From an uncultured Candidatus Rokubacteria bacterium (GTDB lineage Bacteria; Methylomirabilota; Methylomirabilia; Rokubacteriales; CSP1-6), in the NCBI GenBank assembly GCA_963754315.1, contig CAVWFS010000018.1:544001-608000 (forward strand): DNA of 64,000 nucleotides. Direction: 5' to 3'. This document shows positions 50,099 through 59,887 of this stretch, one piece after another (the first letter of the stretch is position 1; each line of letters starts with the position of its first letter). The notes beneath the pieces were generated by a model. That model did not search any database. It was not told where the DNA came from and saw nothing but the letters and a program-made list of their open reading frames with translations. Position numbers and translations under genes: made by a program.

Positions 50099-51808
50099 AT
50101 GATCCGCTCACGGCTGGTGGTGACCAAGCAGACGCCGCGCGCTCCGCGCGGTCTGGTGACGGCCGAACACCCGCTGGGGGCTGAGGCGGGCGCGCGCGTC
50201 CTGAAAGCGGGGGGCAACGCGGTGGATGCCGCGGTGGCCACAGCCTTTGCCATGACGGTGGTGGAGCCGTTCATGAGCACCTTGGCTGGTTCCGGCACGA
50301 TGCTCGTGCATTTAGCCCGACAGGGAACGACCAAGGCTCTCGACTTCAACGGCTGCGCGCCCCTCGGTGCACATGCCGAAATGTTCCCGCTGACCGCCGG
50401 CGTTTCCACTGCGCTGTTTGCGTGGCCCCGAGTACGGGATGACGCCAACGTCTACGGCCCGCTGTCGGTGGCCGTGCCGGGATCGGTGGCCGGTCTCATC
50501 TATGCTGTCGAGCACTGGGGCACGATGGAGCTGCCCGACGTCCTGGCGCCGGCCATCGAACTCGCGCGCGAGGGGTTCGTGCCCGATTGGTACCTGGCGC
50601 TGACAACGGCGAAATACCTCGAGGAGCTGAGCGGCTTTCCGGAGAGCGCGCGCACGTACCTCCGCAACGGTCGCGCGATCTACCGCCCGCCCACCGCCGA
50701 GTACGCGGATCGCACCGCGTATCCTGACCTTGCCCGCAGTTTGGAGCTGATCGCCCGCGAGGGTAGCGACGCCTTCTACAAGGGCGCCATCGCCGACGCC
50801 ATCGCAGAGCACATGAAGCAGACGGGCGGGCTCATCACCAGGAGCGATCTGGCCGCCTATCGCGTGCGCCTGGGGGAACCCGTGACGAGCGCCTACCGGG
50901 AACTGGACGTCGCATGGTCGCCGGGGGCGACGGGCGGCATCAGCGCGCTCCAGATCCTCAACACGCTCGGCCAGCTCCCGGCCGCCCACATCGGCTGGCG
51001 GACGGCGTTGGGGCTTCACAATCGGGCGCAGGCTATCTGCCGCGCCTTCGTCGACCGTTTCGCGCGTCTGGGTGATCCCGAGGTCGTCAATGCCCCGTGG
51101 GAACACCTCGCCTCGATCGACTACGCTCGCGCGATCGCTTCCGAGATCCGGCGCCATGGAAGTCCGGCTGATCGCGCTCCCGGTGCGCGAGGGGGTCTGA
51201 GGGCTGCGCGCGGAGGTCTGCAGGGGGCGGCCCGCCCCCTGCAGACGATGGATGACTGCACGACACACGTCTGCGCGGTCGACCGTGACCGAAATATGGT
51301 GTCGCTGACCAACACGGCCGTCTCGACCTACGGCTCACGAATGGTCGTGCCCGGCACGGGAATTCTCCTGAACAACGGGATGATCTGGTTCGATCCCGAG
51401 CCCGCCAAGCCGAACTCGGTGGGGCCGGGCAAGCGCGCGATGGTCAACATGGCGCCCGCCCTCGCGTTCAGAGGAGGGCGCCCGTACCTGGCCGTGGGGG
51501 CGCCGGGTGGGCGCAAGATTATTTCGGCCGTCCCACAGGTCATCGCCAATCTTGTCGACGACGCTCAATCCGTCCAGGCAGCCATCGAGGCGCCCCGCGT
51601 CCACATGGAGGGCGACACCCTCGAGGTCGACGACCGGGTAGGCGATCGCGCGCTGCGTGAGCTCAGCCGCCGGGGCTACGCGGTGGTCGCTCGCGAGGAG
51701 ACGTATGCCAGTTCGTTCTTTGCCAAGCCCATTGCCATCCGTGTCACCCGCGGTGGACTCGAGGCGGGTCTCGACCATCTGCGCCCGGCAGCCGCCGCCG
51801 GCTATTGA
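50099..51808 (+). CDS. ggt: Gamma-glutamyltransferase family protein
   Basis: GGNAVDAAVA, VAVPG, CTTHVCAVD (Thr nucleophile), NNGM, GAPGG. Confidence 0.92.
   Translation: MIRSRLVVTKQTPRAPRGLVTAEHPLGAEAGARVLKAGGNAVDAAVATAFAMTVVEPFMSTLAGSGTMLVHLARQGTTKALDFNGCAPLGAHAEMFPLTAGVSTALFAWPRVRDDANVYGPLSVAVPGSVAGLIYAVEHWGTMELPDVLAPAIELAREGFVPDWYLALTTAKYLEELSGFPESARTYLRNGRAIYRPPTAEYADRTAYPDLARSLELIAREGSDAFYKGAIADAIAEHMKQTGGLITRSDLAAYRVRLGEPVTSAYRELDVAWSPGATGGISALQILNTLGQLPAAHIGWRTALGLHNRAQAICRAFVDRFARLGDPEVVNAPWEHLASIDYARAIASEIRRHGSPADRAPGARGGLRAARGGLQGAARPLQTMDDCTTHVCAVDRDRNMVSLTNTAVSTYGSRMVVPGTGILLNNGMIWFDPEPAKPNSVGPGKRAMVNMAPALAFRGGRPYLAVGAPGGRKIISAVPQVIANLVDDAQSVQAAIEAPRVHMEGDTLEVDDRVGDRALRELSRRGYAVVAREETYASSFFAKPIAIRVTRGGLEAGLDHLRPAAAAGY
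51216..51246. repeat. Perfect 15-bp inverted repeat inside ggt
   Basis: GTCTGCAGGGGGCGG-C-CCGCCCCCTGCAGAC. Confidence 0.9.
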
Positions 51809-51819
51809 AGGAGAGGACC

Positions 51820-52131
51820 ATGCCCGATATCACGCTGACCGCTGCCTTCTCCACGGTGCCTTCCGGCGAAGCCGAGGAGATCAAGCGGGTGATCGTAGAG
51901 ACGGTCGAGCAACTCGCCCGCGACGACGGAGCCTTCACGCGGGCCAAGATCGTCTTCACGGAGTCTGATGAACGCTGTGGGCTCACTGCCGAGCTCGACG
52001 GCGTGAAGAAGGAAGGTGTCCCGCTCCAGCTGGACCTCGAGCAGCTCGAAGACGCCAAGACCTCGGCGGGCTCGCGCGCCCAGCTCAAGGAGGCACTCCG
52101 ACTCTACTTCCGGAAGGTCCAGGGAAGGTGA
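51820..52131 (+). CDS. Hypothetical protein
   Basis: RBS GGAGAGG, coding-like codon usage; no family recognised. Confidence 0.7.
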   Translation: MPDITLTAAFSTVPSGEAEEIKRVIVETVEQLARDDGAFTRAKIVFTESDERCGLTAELDGVKKEGVPLQLDLEQLEDAKTSAGSRAQLKEALRLYFRKVQGR

Positions 52132-52171
52132 GGTGTAATCTGACGCATAGGGGTCTCAAGACTTTGAAATA

Positions 52172-52927
52172 ATGCGTGTTCTTATCGTGAATGCCGATGA
52201 TTTTGGCCTCACCCCGGGCGTGAGTGCCGGCATCCTCGGTGCCCACCGCCACGGAATCGTGACGAGTACCACGGCCCTCGTGAACCGAGCGATTCCGCCC
52301 GCGCAGATCGATGCCGCGCTGGGCTCAGGGATCGGGATCGGTGTGCACATCAACCTGACCCTCGGTGCTCCGATCACGGGCGCGCCCTCGCTGGTGGATG
52401 GTTCGGGACGGTTCGTGCGCGATGCCCGCCAGGCGGCAGCCCGGGCACGAGCGAAAGAGATCGAGGCCGAGATCGAGGCCCAGCTCGAGCGGTTCGAGAC
52501 GCTCTTTCGACGTCCGCCGACGCATTTCGATACGCACCACCACATCGGGCTGTTGCCGCCCGTGCGGGAGATCGTCCTCTCCTGGGCGGTACGGAGCCGG
52601 TCGCCCGTTCGTAGCCAAAACGCCGAGGCTCGCCAGGCAGCGCGCTCGGCCGGTCTCGCCACACCCGATCACTTCTTCGGCGAGTCTGGCCCAGATGCCT
52701 ACTGGACACTAGCCCGCGCGCTGGGGCATCTTCGACGACTGCCGGTGGGCGTGTCGGAGTTCATGACTCATCCCGGGTACTGCGACGAGGAGTTGTCCTA
52801 CAGCCGCTACGGCCGCCAGCGCGAAACGGAGCTCGTCGGCCTCGGCGCCCAGGCCCGGGCGGCGGCGGCGACGCTCGGGATCCGACTCCGCGATTTCTCC
52901 AGGATCGGCCGCGGCTTCGCGTCATGA
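52172..52927 (+). CDS. ChbG/HpnK (YdjC) family deacetylase
   Basis: LIVNADDFG, GVHINLT, THFDTHHH, EFMTHPG. Confidence 0.9.
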   Translation: MRVLIVNADDFGLTPGVSAGILGAHRHGIVTSTTALVNRAIPPAQIDAALGSGIGIGVHINLTLGAPITGAPSLVDGSGRFVRDARQAAARARAKEIEAEIEAQLERFETLFRRPPTHFDTHHHIGLLPPVREIVLSWAVRSRSPVRSQNAEARQAARSAGLATPDHFFGESGPDAYWTLARALGHLRRLPVGVSEFMTHPGYCDEELSYSRYGRQRETELVGLGAQARAAAATLGIRLRDFSRIGRGFAS

Positions 52928-52972
52928 AAGGCGGACACTTCGTCACGCAGCACCTGCCGTGATGTCGCTCAC

Positions 52973-54439
52973 GTGAGCGACATCACGGTCCTCGAGCCCC
53001 CCTCGAGGTTCCCCGACCTCGACGTACCCCGTCGGTCGGTGGAACGCTCCTGTCCGGGGCGATCCTTCTGCTCTTCGCCGGCTGGATGACCTGGGTGCAT
53101 CTCACCCAGCCGCGCATCGATGCGGTGGCGGCACCTGAGGAGGCGCTCGCTCTCGTCGTGTCGCGGGGCATGGATCTCAACGAGGGGCTCCGGCGGATCT
53201 CCCCTTGGGAACGACGACTGCACCAGCTCATCTCCGCCGACGGCAGCGATGATCTCAAGCAGGCGATTGCCTGGTACGAGGAGCTGGCGGAACGGTCGGA
53301 TGATCCCAAGGTGGACGCTCACCTCGCCATCCTCTACGGCGAGGCCGGCAATACGGACCGCGTGGGGAAGCTGACGGCAGCTTGGACGGGCGACGGTGGC
53401 ATGCTGGCCGTCCTCGCCCCCATCGTCAATACCGCCTACCTGGGCGGGGTCGATGCCGAGGAGGACGCCGAACGGGACGGGTCTTCGTGAGGCGCTTGTG
53501 GACGGGTGGTTCAGGGACCGCCTCGCCCTGGCATGGGCAACCCGCGTGGGCGACGCCTCGTTGCGGGCGGAGGCGAACCAGTCTCTGGAAACGAGCGCCC
53601 GGGCCCTCCTCGGGCGCGCCCGCGCCCTGGCCGTTATGAACGTGACCCTGGTGGGAGCTGGCGTCGTGGCGCTGGTGGCCATTTGGCGCCGTCGCCACCG
53701 ACCGGGCGCACTGACGGTGGGGCGCGCGGCCCTGCCCCCTCCCTGGCCCGGGAAGCTCGGCGTCATTGTCCTGATCCGGGGTGGGGCCGGCGCCGCCCTC
53801 GTCATCGTCGTCCTCCTTTTCCTGTCCGGCCTGTTCGGCTCCTGGTTCGATCTCGACCATCCGATGCTCGAGGCCATCACGTGGCCTTTGATGTACGTGC
53901 CCCTGCTCCTGCTCGTGCAGAATTTTCTCCTGGCGCCGGCCGGCATTGGCTTCCGCGACGCGCTCGGGCTCCGACTGGTGCCCGGGGCCGGCCGCCGCGT
54001 CGTCATGATCGGCGTCGCGCTGGTGGCGGCGGGAGCCCTCTTTACGACCCTCATCACTCTCGGCGGAAGCCGGCTCCATTTGACCAGCCACTGGAGCGAA
54101 TGGTTCGATGAGGAGCTGGCCTTCGGAGACCCCCTCGCCGTGGTGGCGAGCCTGGCGGGAGCGGTAGTATTCGCTCCTCTCTTCGAAGAGATCGTGTTCC
54201 GGGGGATCCTCTTCGCAACCCTTCGCCGCGGAATGGGGGCGGGCCCGGCCATCGTCACGAGCGGGGTGGTCTTTGCTTTCGCCCACGGCTACGGCGCGCT
54301 GGGTTTCGTCGACGTCCTGTGGAGCGGGGTCCTGTGGGCCTGGGCCTTCGAGCGGACGGGTAGCGTGCTGCCGGGAATGATGGCGCACGCGCTCACCAAC
54401 CTCATGGTGTCGGTCACCGTGCTGACCCTGCTGCGCTGA
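52973..54439 (+). CDS. CPBP (CAAX/Abi) intramembrane metalloprotease with N-terminal extension; frameshifts near 53041 and 53475
   Basis: APLFEEIVFRG, FAFAH, AHALTN; upstream TM and helical domain in shifted frames. Confidence 0.78.
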
Positions 54440-54448
54440 GGGCCGAGC

Positions 54449-54469
54449 CGCCGCGTATAATACGCGGCG
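54449..54469 (+). promoter_or_regulatory. TATAAT -10 box of a leaderless gene embedded in a perfect 9-bp inverted repeat
   Basis: CGCCGCGTA-TAA-TACGCGGCG; TATAAT at 54456-54461, GTG 7 nt later. Confidence 0.6.
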
Positions 54470-57390
54470 TGAATGATCTCGAACACGAGCTCCGGAAGGT
54501 CATCGCCGGCGACGTCCGTTTCGACACTTTCTCGCGTCTGCTCTACTCGACTGACGCCTCCATGTATCAGATGGAACCGATCGGCGTGGTCATCCCGCGC
54601 GACGCCGCCGACGTGCAGGCAGTCGTGGAAGTGGCGCAGCGGCAGCAGGTGGCCCTGCTGCCGCGCGGAGGGGGCACGTCGCTCACCGGACAAACGGTGA
54701 ACCGTGCCCTCGTCCTCGACTTCTCAGCGCACATGAATCAGGTCCTGGAGGTCAACGCGGAGGAGCTGTGGGCGCGGGTGCAGCCGGGCCTGGTGCAGGA
54801 CGAGCTGAATCATCACGTCCGGTCGGCGGGGCTCCTCTTTGGCCCGGATACGTCCACCTCCAACCGCGCCACCCTCGGTGGCATGATGGGCAACAATTCC
54901 GGAGGGTCGCATTCCATCACGTACGGACTAACCGTGGAGCACGTGATCGAAATCACGGCGCTCCTCGCCGATGGCTCGCGGGTGGTCTTCCAGGAGATCA
55001 CCCCAGAGGCGTTCCAGGCCAAGTGCGCGCTGCGCGGGCTCGAGGGGCAAATCTACCGTGAGGTGGCGCGTCTCGCCGAGACGTACGAAGACGAGATCCA
55101 ACGCCGCTACCCGCCATACTGGCGCCGAGTGGCGGGCTACAATCTGAGCGAGCTCATCACCGGTTCAGAGGGAGCGGTGTACCGCCATCCCAGCGGCGGC
55201 GCCGCCCCCACCGGCGCCGAGCGGGGTCGGCTGCTGAACATGGCCCGACTCGTCATTGGCTCCGAAGGCACCTTACTCACAATCCTGGAGGCCAAGGTGC
55301 GTCTGTGCCGACGGCCGCGGGCGACCGCCCTCGACGTCATCCACTACCGCGATATGCAGGAAGCCCTGGAGTGCTCGCAGGCTATCCTGGAAACGGGACC
55401 GCACGCGGTGGAGTTGACCGACAAGATGATTCTCGATCTCGCCCGCGGGAATATCGAGCAGTCCCAGCGCATGGGTTTCGTGCAGGGTGATCCCGAGGCC
55501 ATCCTGATCGTTGAATACGCGGGGGAGAGCGAAGCCGAGGTGCGAGCCAAGGTGGACCGGCTGGAGGCGCTCCGCCAGCGGCAGCGTTTCGGCTATGCGT
55601 CGTCGCTCGCCTATGAGGTGGGGGAGCAGCAGTCCATCTGGAAGCTTCGCAAAGCCGGCCTCGGTCTCCTCCTCGGCATGAAGGGGGACAAGAAACCCAT
55701 TGCCTTCGTGGAAGACACGGCCGTCCATCCTCGCCACCTTGCGGAATTCGTGCCGCGCTTCAAGGAGATCTTTGCCAAGCACGACACGGTGGGCGCCTAC
55801 TACGGCCACTGCTCGGTGGGGTGCCTGCACATCCGTCCCGTCATCGACCTCAAGACGCCGCGCGGGCTCGAGCAGGTCAAGGCCATCGCCGACGAGATCT
55901 TCGACCTGGTGGCGGATTTCCACGGCACCATCTCGAGCGAGCATGGAGACGGGCGCGCTCGCAGCCCATACCTCGAGCGGATGTATGGCCCGACCATCAT
56001 GCAAGCCTTCCGGGAGCTCAAGCGCGCCTTCGACCCCGAGAATCGGCTGAATCCCGGCAACATCGTGGCGAGCCCCGCCGTCACCGACCACCTGCGCTTC
56101 GGAACGTCCTACCGGACGTGGGAACCCAAGACCCTCCTCGACTTCTCGGAGCAGGGAGGGTTTGCCGCCGCCATCGAAATGTGCAACGGAGTGGGCGTGT
56201 GCCGCAAGAAGCTCGAGGGCACCATGTGTCCCTCGTACATGGTCACGAAGGACGAGGAGCACAGCACGCGCGGGCGCGCCAACGCGCTGAGGACGGTACT
56301 GTCCGGCAAGGTGCCGGCCACGGAGTTCACCGGGCGACGGCTCTACGAGGTCATGGATCTCTGCCTGGAGTGCAAGGGATGCAAGGCCGAGTGCCCGTCC
56401 AACGTGGACATGGCCAAGCTGAAATACGAGTTCCTGCACCACTACTACCAGGCCAATGGCCTCCCGCTGCGCAACCGCCTGTTCGCACGCATCGCGCAGC
56501 TGAGCGAATGGCAGGCGCGCGCGCCGCGGCTCACCAACCGGCTCGCGCGCCTGCCCGTGAGCCGTCGCCTGCTGGAACGGCTGGGTATCGACCCTCGGCG
56601 TCCGCTGCCCACCCTGGCGGCCGAGCCGTTCACGGTCTGGTTTGCGCGTCATCGCCAGCCCACCGCTGCGCCTCGGGGCGAGGTGGTCCTGTTCCACGAC
56701 ACCTTCGTGACGTACAACACCCCGACCATCGGCCAGGCCGCGGTGGCCCTGCTCGAGCATGCGGGATATCGCGTCGTGCTCGCCGACAAGAAATGCTGCG
56801 GGCGGCCCATGATCTCCAAAGGGTTACTGGCAGACGCGCGCGACCACGCGCGCTGGAACGTGGAGCGCTTGCACCCATTCGCCGCCCGCGGGGTGCCTAT
56901 CGTGGGGCTCGAGCCGTCGTGCCTGCTGACCCTGCGTGATGAGTCCGTGGATCTTCTCCGCACCGAAGAGGCAAGGGCGGTCGGGCGCGCCAGCTTTCTG
57001 CTCGAGGAGTTTCTCGTTCGCGAGCGCCGACGTGGGCTCGAGCTCCGCTTCCGGGACCATGGCCGGCGTGCCCTTCTTCACGGGCACTGTCACCAGAAGG
57101 CGATCGTGGGCACTGCCCCCACGGTCGCGGTTCTACGCTGGGCCGGCTTTGAGGTCGCCGAGGTCGACTCGGGTTGCTGTGGGATGGCCGGCTCGTTCGG
57201 TTTCGAGAAGGAGCACTACGATATCTCGGTCGCGGTGGGCAATCGCCGACTCGTGCCCGCGGTGAAGGCCGAACCCGCCTCCACGGAGATCGTGGCGCCG
57301 GGAATCTCATGCCGACAGCAGATCGATCACCTGGCCGGTCGTCGGGCCAGGCATCCCGCGGAAGCCCTCTGGGACGTGCTCGCCCGCTGA
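54469..57390 (+). CDS. FAD-linked oxidase with 4Fe-4S and CCG domains (GlcD-GlcF fusion, YdiJ-like)
   Basis: RGGGTSL, GSEGTL, SEHGDG, CNGVGVC, CLECKGCKAECP, CCG motifs. Confidence 0.92.
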   Translation: MNDLEHELRKVIAGDVRFDTFSRLLYSTDASMYQMEPIGVVIPRDAADVQAVVEVAQRQQVALLPRGGGTSLTGQTVNRALVLDFSAHMNQVLEVNAEELWARVQPGLVQDELNHHVRSAGLLFGPDTSTSNRATLGGMMGNNSGGSHSITYGLTVEHVIEITALLADGSRVVFQEITPEAFQAKCALRGLEGQIYREVARLAETYEDEIQRRYPPYWRRVAGYNLSELITGSEGAVYRHPSGGAAPTGAERGRLLNMARLVIGSEGTLLTILEAKVRLCRRPRATALDVIHYRDMQEALECSQAILETGPHAVELTDKMILDLARGNIEQSQRMGFVQGDPEAILIVEYAGESEAEVRAKVDRLEALRQRQRFGYASSLAYEVGEQQSIWKLRKAGLGLLLGMKGDKKPIAFVEDTAVHPRHLAEFVPRFKEIFAKHDTVGAYYGHCSVGCLHIRPVIDLKTPRGLEQVKAIADEIFDLVADFHGTISSEHGDGRARSPYLERMYGPTIMQAFRELKRAFDPENRLNPGNIVASPAVTDHLRFGTSYRTWEPKTLLDFSEQGGFAAAIEMCNGVGVCRKKLEGTMCPSYMVTKDEEHSTRGRANALRTVLSGKVPATEFTGRRLYEVMDLCLECKGCKAECPSNVDMAKLKYEFLHHYYQANGLPLRNRLFARIAQLSEWQARAPRLTNRLARLPVSRRLLERLGIDPRRPLPTLAAEPFTVWFARHRQPTAAPRGEVVLFHDTFVTYNTPTIGQAAVALLEHAGYRVVLADKKCCGRPMISKGLLADARDHARWNVERLHPFAARGVPIVGLEPSCLLTLRDESVDLLRTEEARAVGRASFLLEEFLVRERRRGLELRFRDHGRRALLHGHCHQKAIVGTAPTVAVLRWAGFEVAEVDSGCCGMAGSFGFEKEHYDISVAVGNRRLVPAVKAEPASTEIVAPGISCRQQIDHLAGRRARHPAEALWDVLAR

Positions 57391-57500
57391 CCATGGGCGC
57401 TGTGTATCAGCGAGGAAGACCATCATGACATTGACCCGACGCGCAATGTTGCAGGCAAGTGGTGGGACCTTTGCTGGCTACGCCGTGGCCGCCGACCCGT

Positions 57501-58886
57501 TCAGACCCCCTTCGCGCCCTGGCGCTCGACCAGCGCGCGCGCCCACGCCATCCTCTCGGCGGGCATCACCAGCTTCTCGGCGAACGGAAGCCCGAAGGGG
57601 CGCGTAGCGTCGACGCCCAGCTTGGCGGTCACGCCGCGCTCGTCTGCGCTGGGGTCCAGTAAAGCACCCAGACTCCCGGAGATGACGACGAGGTCGCGGT
57701 CGGCCTGCATGCGGGTGGCGACCGCCCACATCACATCCGATTCGTCGAAGACGTCGACGTCGTCGTCCACCACGATCACCAGCTTGAGGTAGTGATCCAC
57801 TCCGAGCACGACCGGGATGACGTGCTTGGCCTCGCCGGGCCGACCCTGCTTGATGGATACGTAGGCGGTGAACGATGATGTCCCCGAGAGGGGCACGTGG
57901 ACGCCCGTCACGTTGGGAATGACCCGGGTGAGAGCATTTCTGATCTCCGCTTCCCGGATGAGGCCGAGCGTGGTGATGTGATCGCCCGCGCGCCCGGAGC
58001 CAATGGACTGAAACCAGGGCCGTTCCCGCATGGCCAGGGCCCTGGCCACAAACACGTGCTCAGTGCTGCGACGGGAAAAGTACCCGGTGAATTCGCCGAA
58101 CGGACCTTCGGGCTCACGCACCCCGGGGAGGATTTCGCCCTCGACGACGATCTCGGCGGCAGCGGGCACGTGCAGGTCGATGGTCGTACACGGCGCCACC
58201 TCGAGCGGTTCGCCGAAGAGCCCACCGACCACCTCGAACTTGCCGACATCCGCCGGGGGATAGGCCAGCGATCCCATGGATACGAGCGGATGGAGGCCGA
58301 GCACGATCGCGCAGGGCAACGGCTGGCCCTTGGCCTCCGCGCGGCGCTGGTACTCGAACATCCGGCGACGCGAGTGCAGGCTCACGCCCAGTCGATTGGC
58401 GCCGCGAAGCTGGAAGCGATGGTAGCCTTCCGTCTCTACCCCGGTCTCCGGATCGCGCGCGACGAGCATGCCGGCCGTCAGGTAGCGCCCGGCGTCACCC
58501 GGGAAATAGGTGGGGATAGGCAGTCTCGTCAGGTCGACCTGAGCGCCGCGGACCACGTGGGCTCGAAAGGGTGCCTGCGCAATCACCACGGGCTTGATGG
58601 GCTCGGTGAGCCGACGGGCATACTCGACCGGCAGCGCAGGCTCGGTGACGCCGAGGGCGAAGGCGAGGGCGCGGCGGCTGGCCACCACATTGCACACAAT
58701 CGGAATATCTGTCCCCATCACCTTCTCGAAGACCAGGATGGGATAGCGGCGCCGGCGCTCGTATTCGAGGACGAGCGCCATCACGTCGTGGTCAAGAGAC
58801 ACGGGTTCGACGATCCGGACCACCTCGCCCGGATAGGCCGCCGCGTAGGCCTCTATGAAGGAACGCCAGTCCTGGCGTGCTTCCAT
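57501..58886 (-). CDS. UbiD family decarboxylase
   Basis: DAGRYLTAG, EIVVEG, EGPFGEFTGY, VVDDDVD, WAVATR, KLGVDAT. Confidence 0.92.
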   Translation of the reverse strand: MEARQDWRSFIEAYAAAYPGEVVRIVEPVSLDHDVMALVLEYERRRRYPILVFEKVMGTDIPIVCNVVASRRALAFALGVTEPALPVEYARRLTEPIKPVVIAQAPFRAHVVRGAQVDLTRLPIPTYFPGDAGRYLTAGMLVARDPETGVETEGYHRFQLRGANRLGVSLHSRRRMFEYQRRAEAKGQPLPCAIVLGLHPLVSMGSLAYPPADVGKFEVVGGLFGEPLEVAPCTTIDLHVPAAAEIVVEGEILPGVREPEGPFGEFTGYFSRRSTEHVFVARALAMRERPWFQSIGSGRAGDHITTLGLIREAEIRNALTRVIPNVTGVHVPLSGTSSFTAYVSIKQGRPGEAKHVIPVVLGVDHYLKLVIVVDDDVDVFDESDVMWAVATRMQADRDLVVISGSLGALLDPSADERGVTAKLGVDATRPFGLPFAEKLVMPAERMAWARALVERQGAKGV

Positions 58887-58899
58887 GGTGGTGCCTGGG

Positions 58900-59875
58900 C
58901 TACTTCACGGGGCCCACCACCATGTCGCGCGGCTGGCCCTTGAGGAAATGCTCGACGTTCTCCACTGCTCGCAGCAACCCGTCGCGGACGACCTCGGGCG
59001 TTTGCCCCGCGTTGTGCGGCGACAGCACGACATTGGGGAACTCGAAGAGAGGATCGGATTGCTTGGTCGGCTCGTCGTGAAAGACGTCGAGCCCGGCGCC
59101 GGCGATCCGGCCTGTTCCGAGCGCCTCGAGAAGGGCCTCACGCTCCACGAGGGCGCCGCGTGCTGTATTGACGAGGATGGCCGTGCGCTTCATGAGGGCG
59201 AAGTCCTTGCGCCCGAGGAAGCCCCGCGTCTCGGGGATGAGACGCAAGTGAAGGCTGATGAAATCGGCAGTGCGCAGGAGTTCTTCCTTGGCGGCGGAGG
59301 TGGCGCCAAGGCCCACGATGGCCTGAGAGTCGCCGCGCATGCTCCAGGCCAGGACGTTCATGCCGAGAGCGCGACCGAGCGCGATGACCCGCGCCCCGAT
59401 TGTTCCCGTCCCGAACACCCCCAGCGTCTTGCCGGAACACTGGGTGAGCATCTCGCGCGGCCAGGCCCCCCCACGCATCTCGCGGTCGATACGGGGGATC
59501 TTCCGACCCTGCGGCGAGGATCAAGGCGATCGTGTGCTCGGCGACGGCGAAGGCATTGACCCCGGGGGTATTGCACACGGTGATCCCGCGGCGGCCAGCG
59601 GCACCCAGGTCGACGTTGTCGGTGCCGGTGCCCCAGATGGAAACCAGCTCAAGCTTGGGGCAGGCCGCGAAGACTGCGTCGCTGAAGCGGGCATGGGCCC
59701 GGATGTTGATGGCGATGCGCGCGCGGTCGATACGACGAACGAGCTCGTCCTGGTCATCGGCGCCTCGCTGGCTGTATACGCGAAGGTCACCGAGCTTGGC
59801 GGCTCGCTCGTGGGCGGCCGATTTCTCGAACACGGAGGGAAAGTCATCGGGGACGACGATCAGAGGGTCGGGCAT
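58900..59875 (-). CDS. D-2-hydroxyacid dehydrogenase (SerA-like); frameshift near 59505
   Basis: GTGTDNVD, AVAEH in one frame; GKTLGVFGTGTIG, VNTARG, LDVF, SPHNAG in another. Confidence 0.85.
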
Positions 59876-59887
59876 GGTAAGACCTCG

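Noticed and set aside
55160..55235. Repeat insertion in the FAD oxidase (GSEGAVYRHPSGGAAPTGAERG)
   Set aside because: No perfect symmetry or second copy found; likely an ordinary variable loop.
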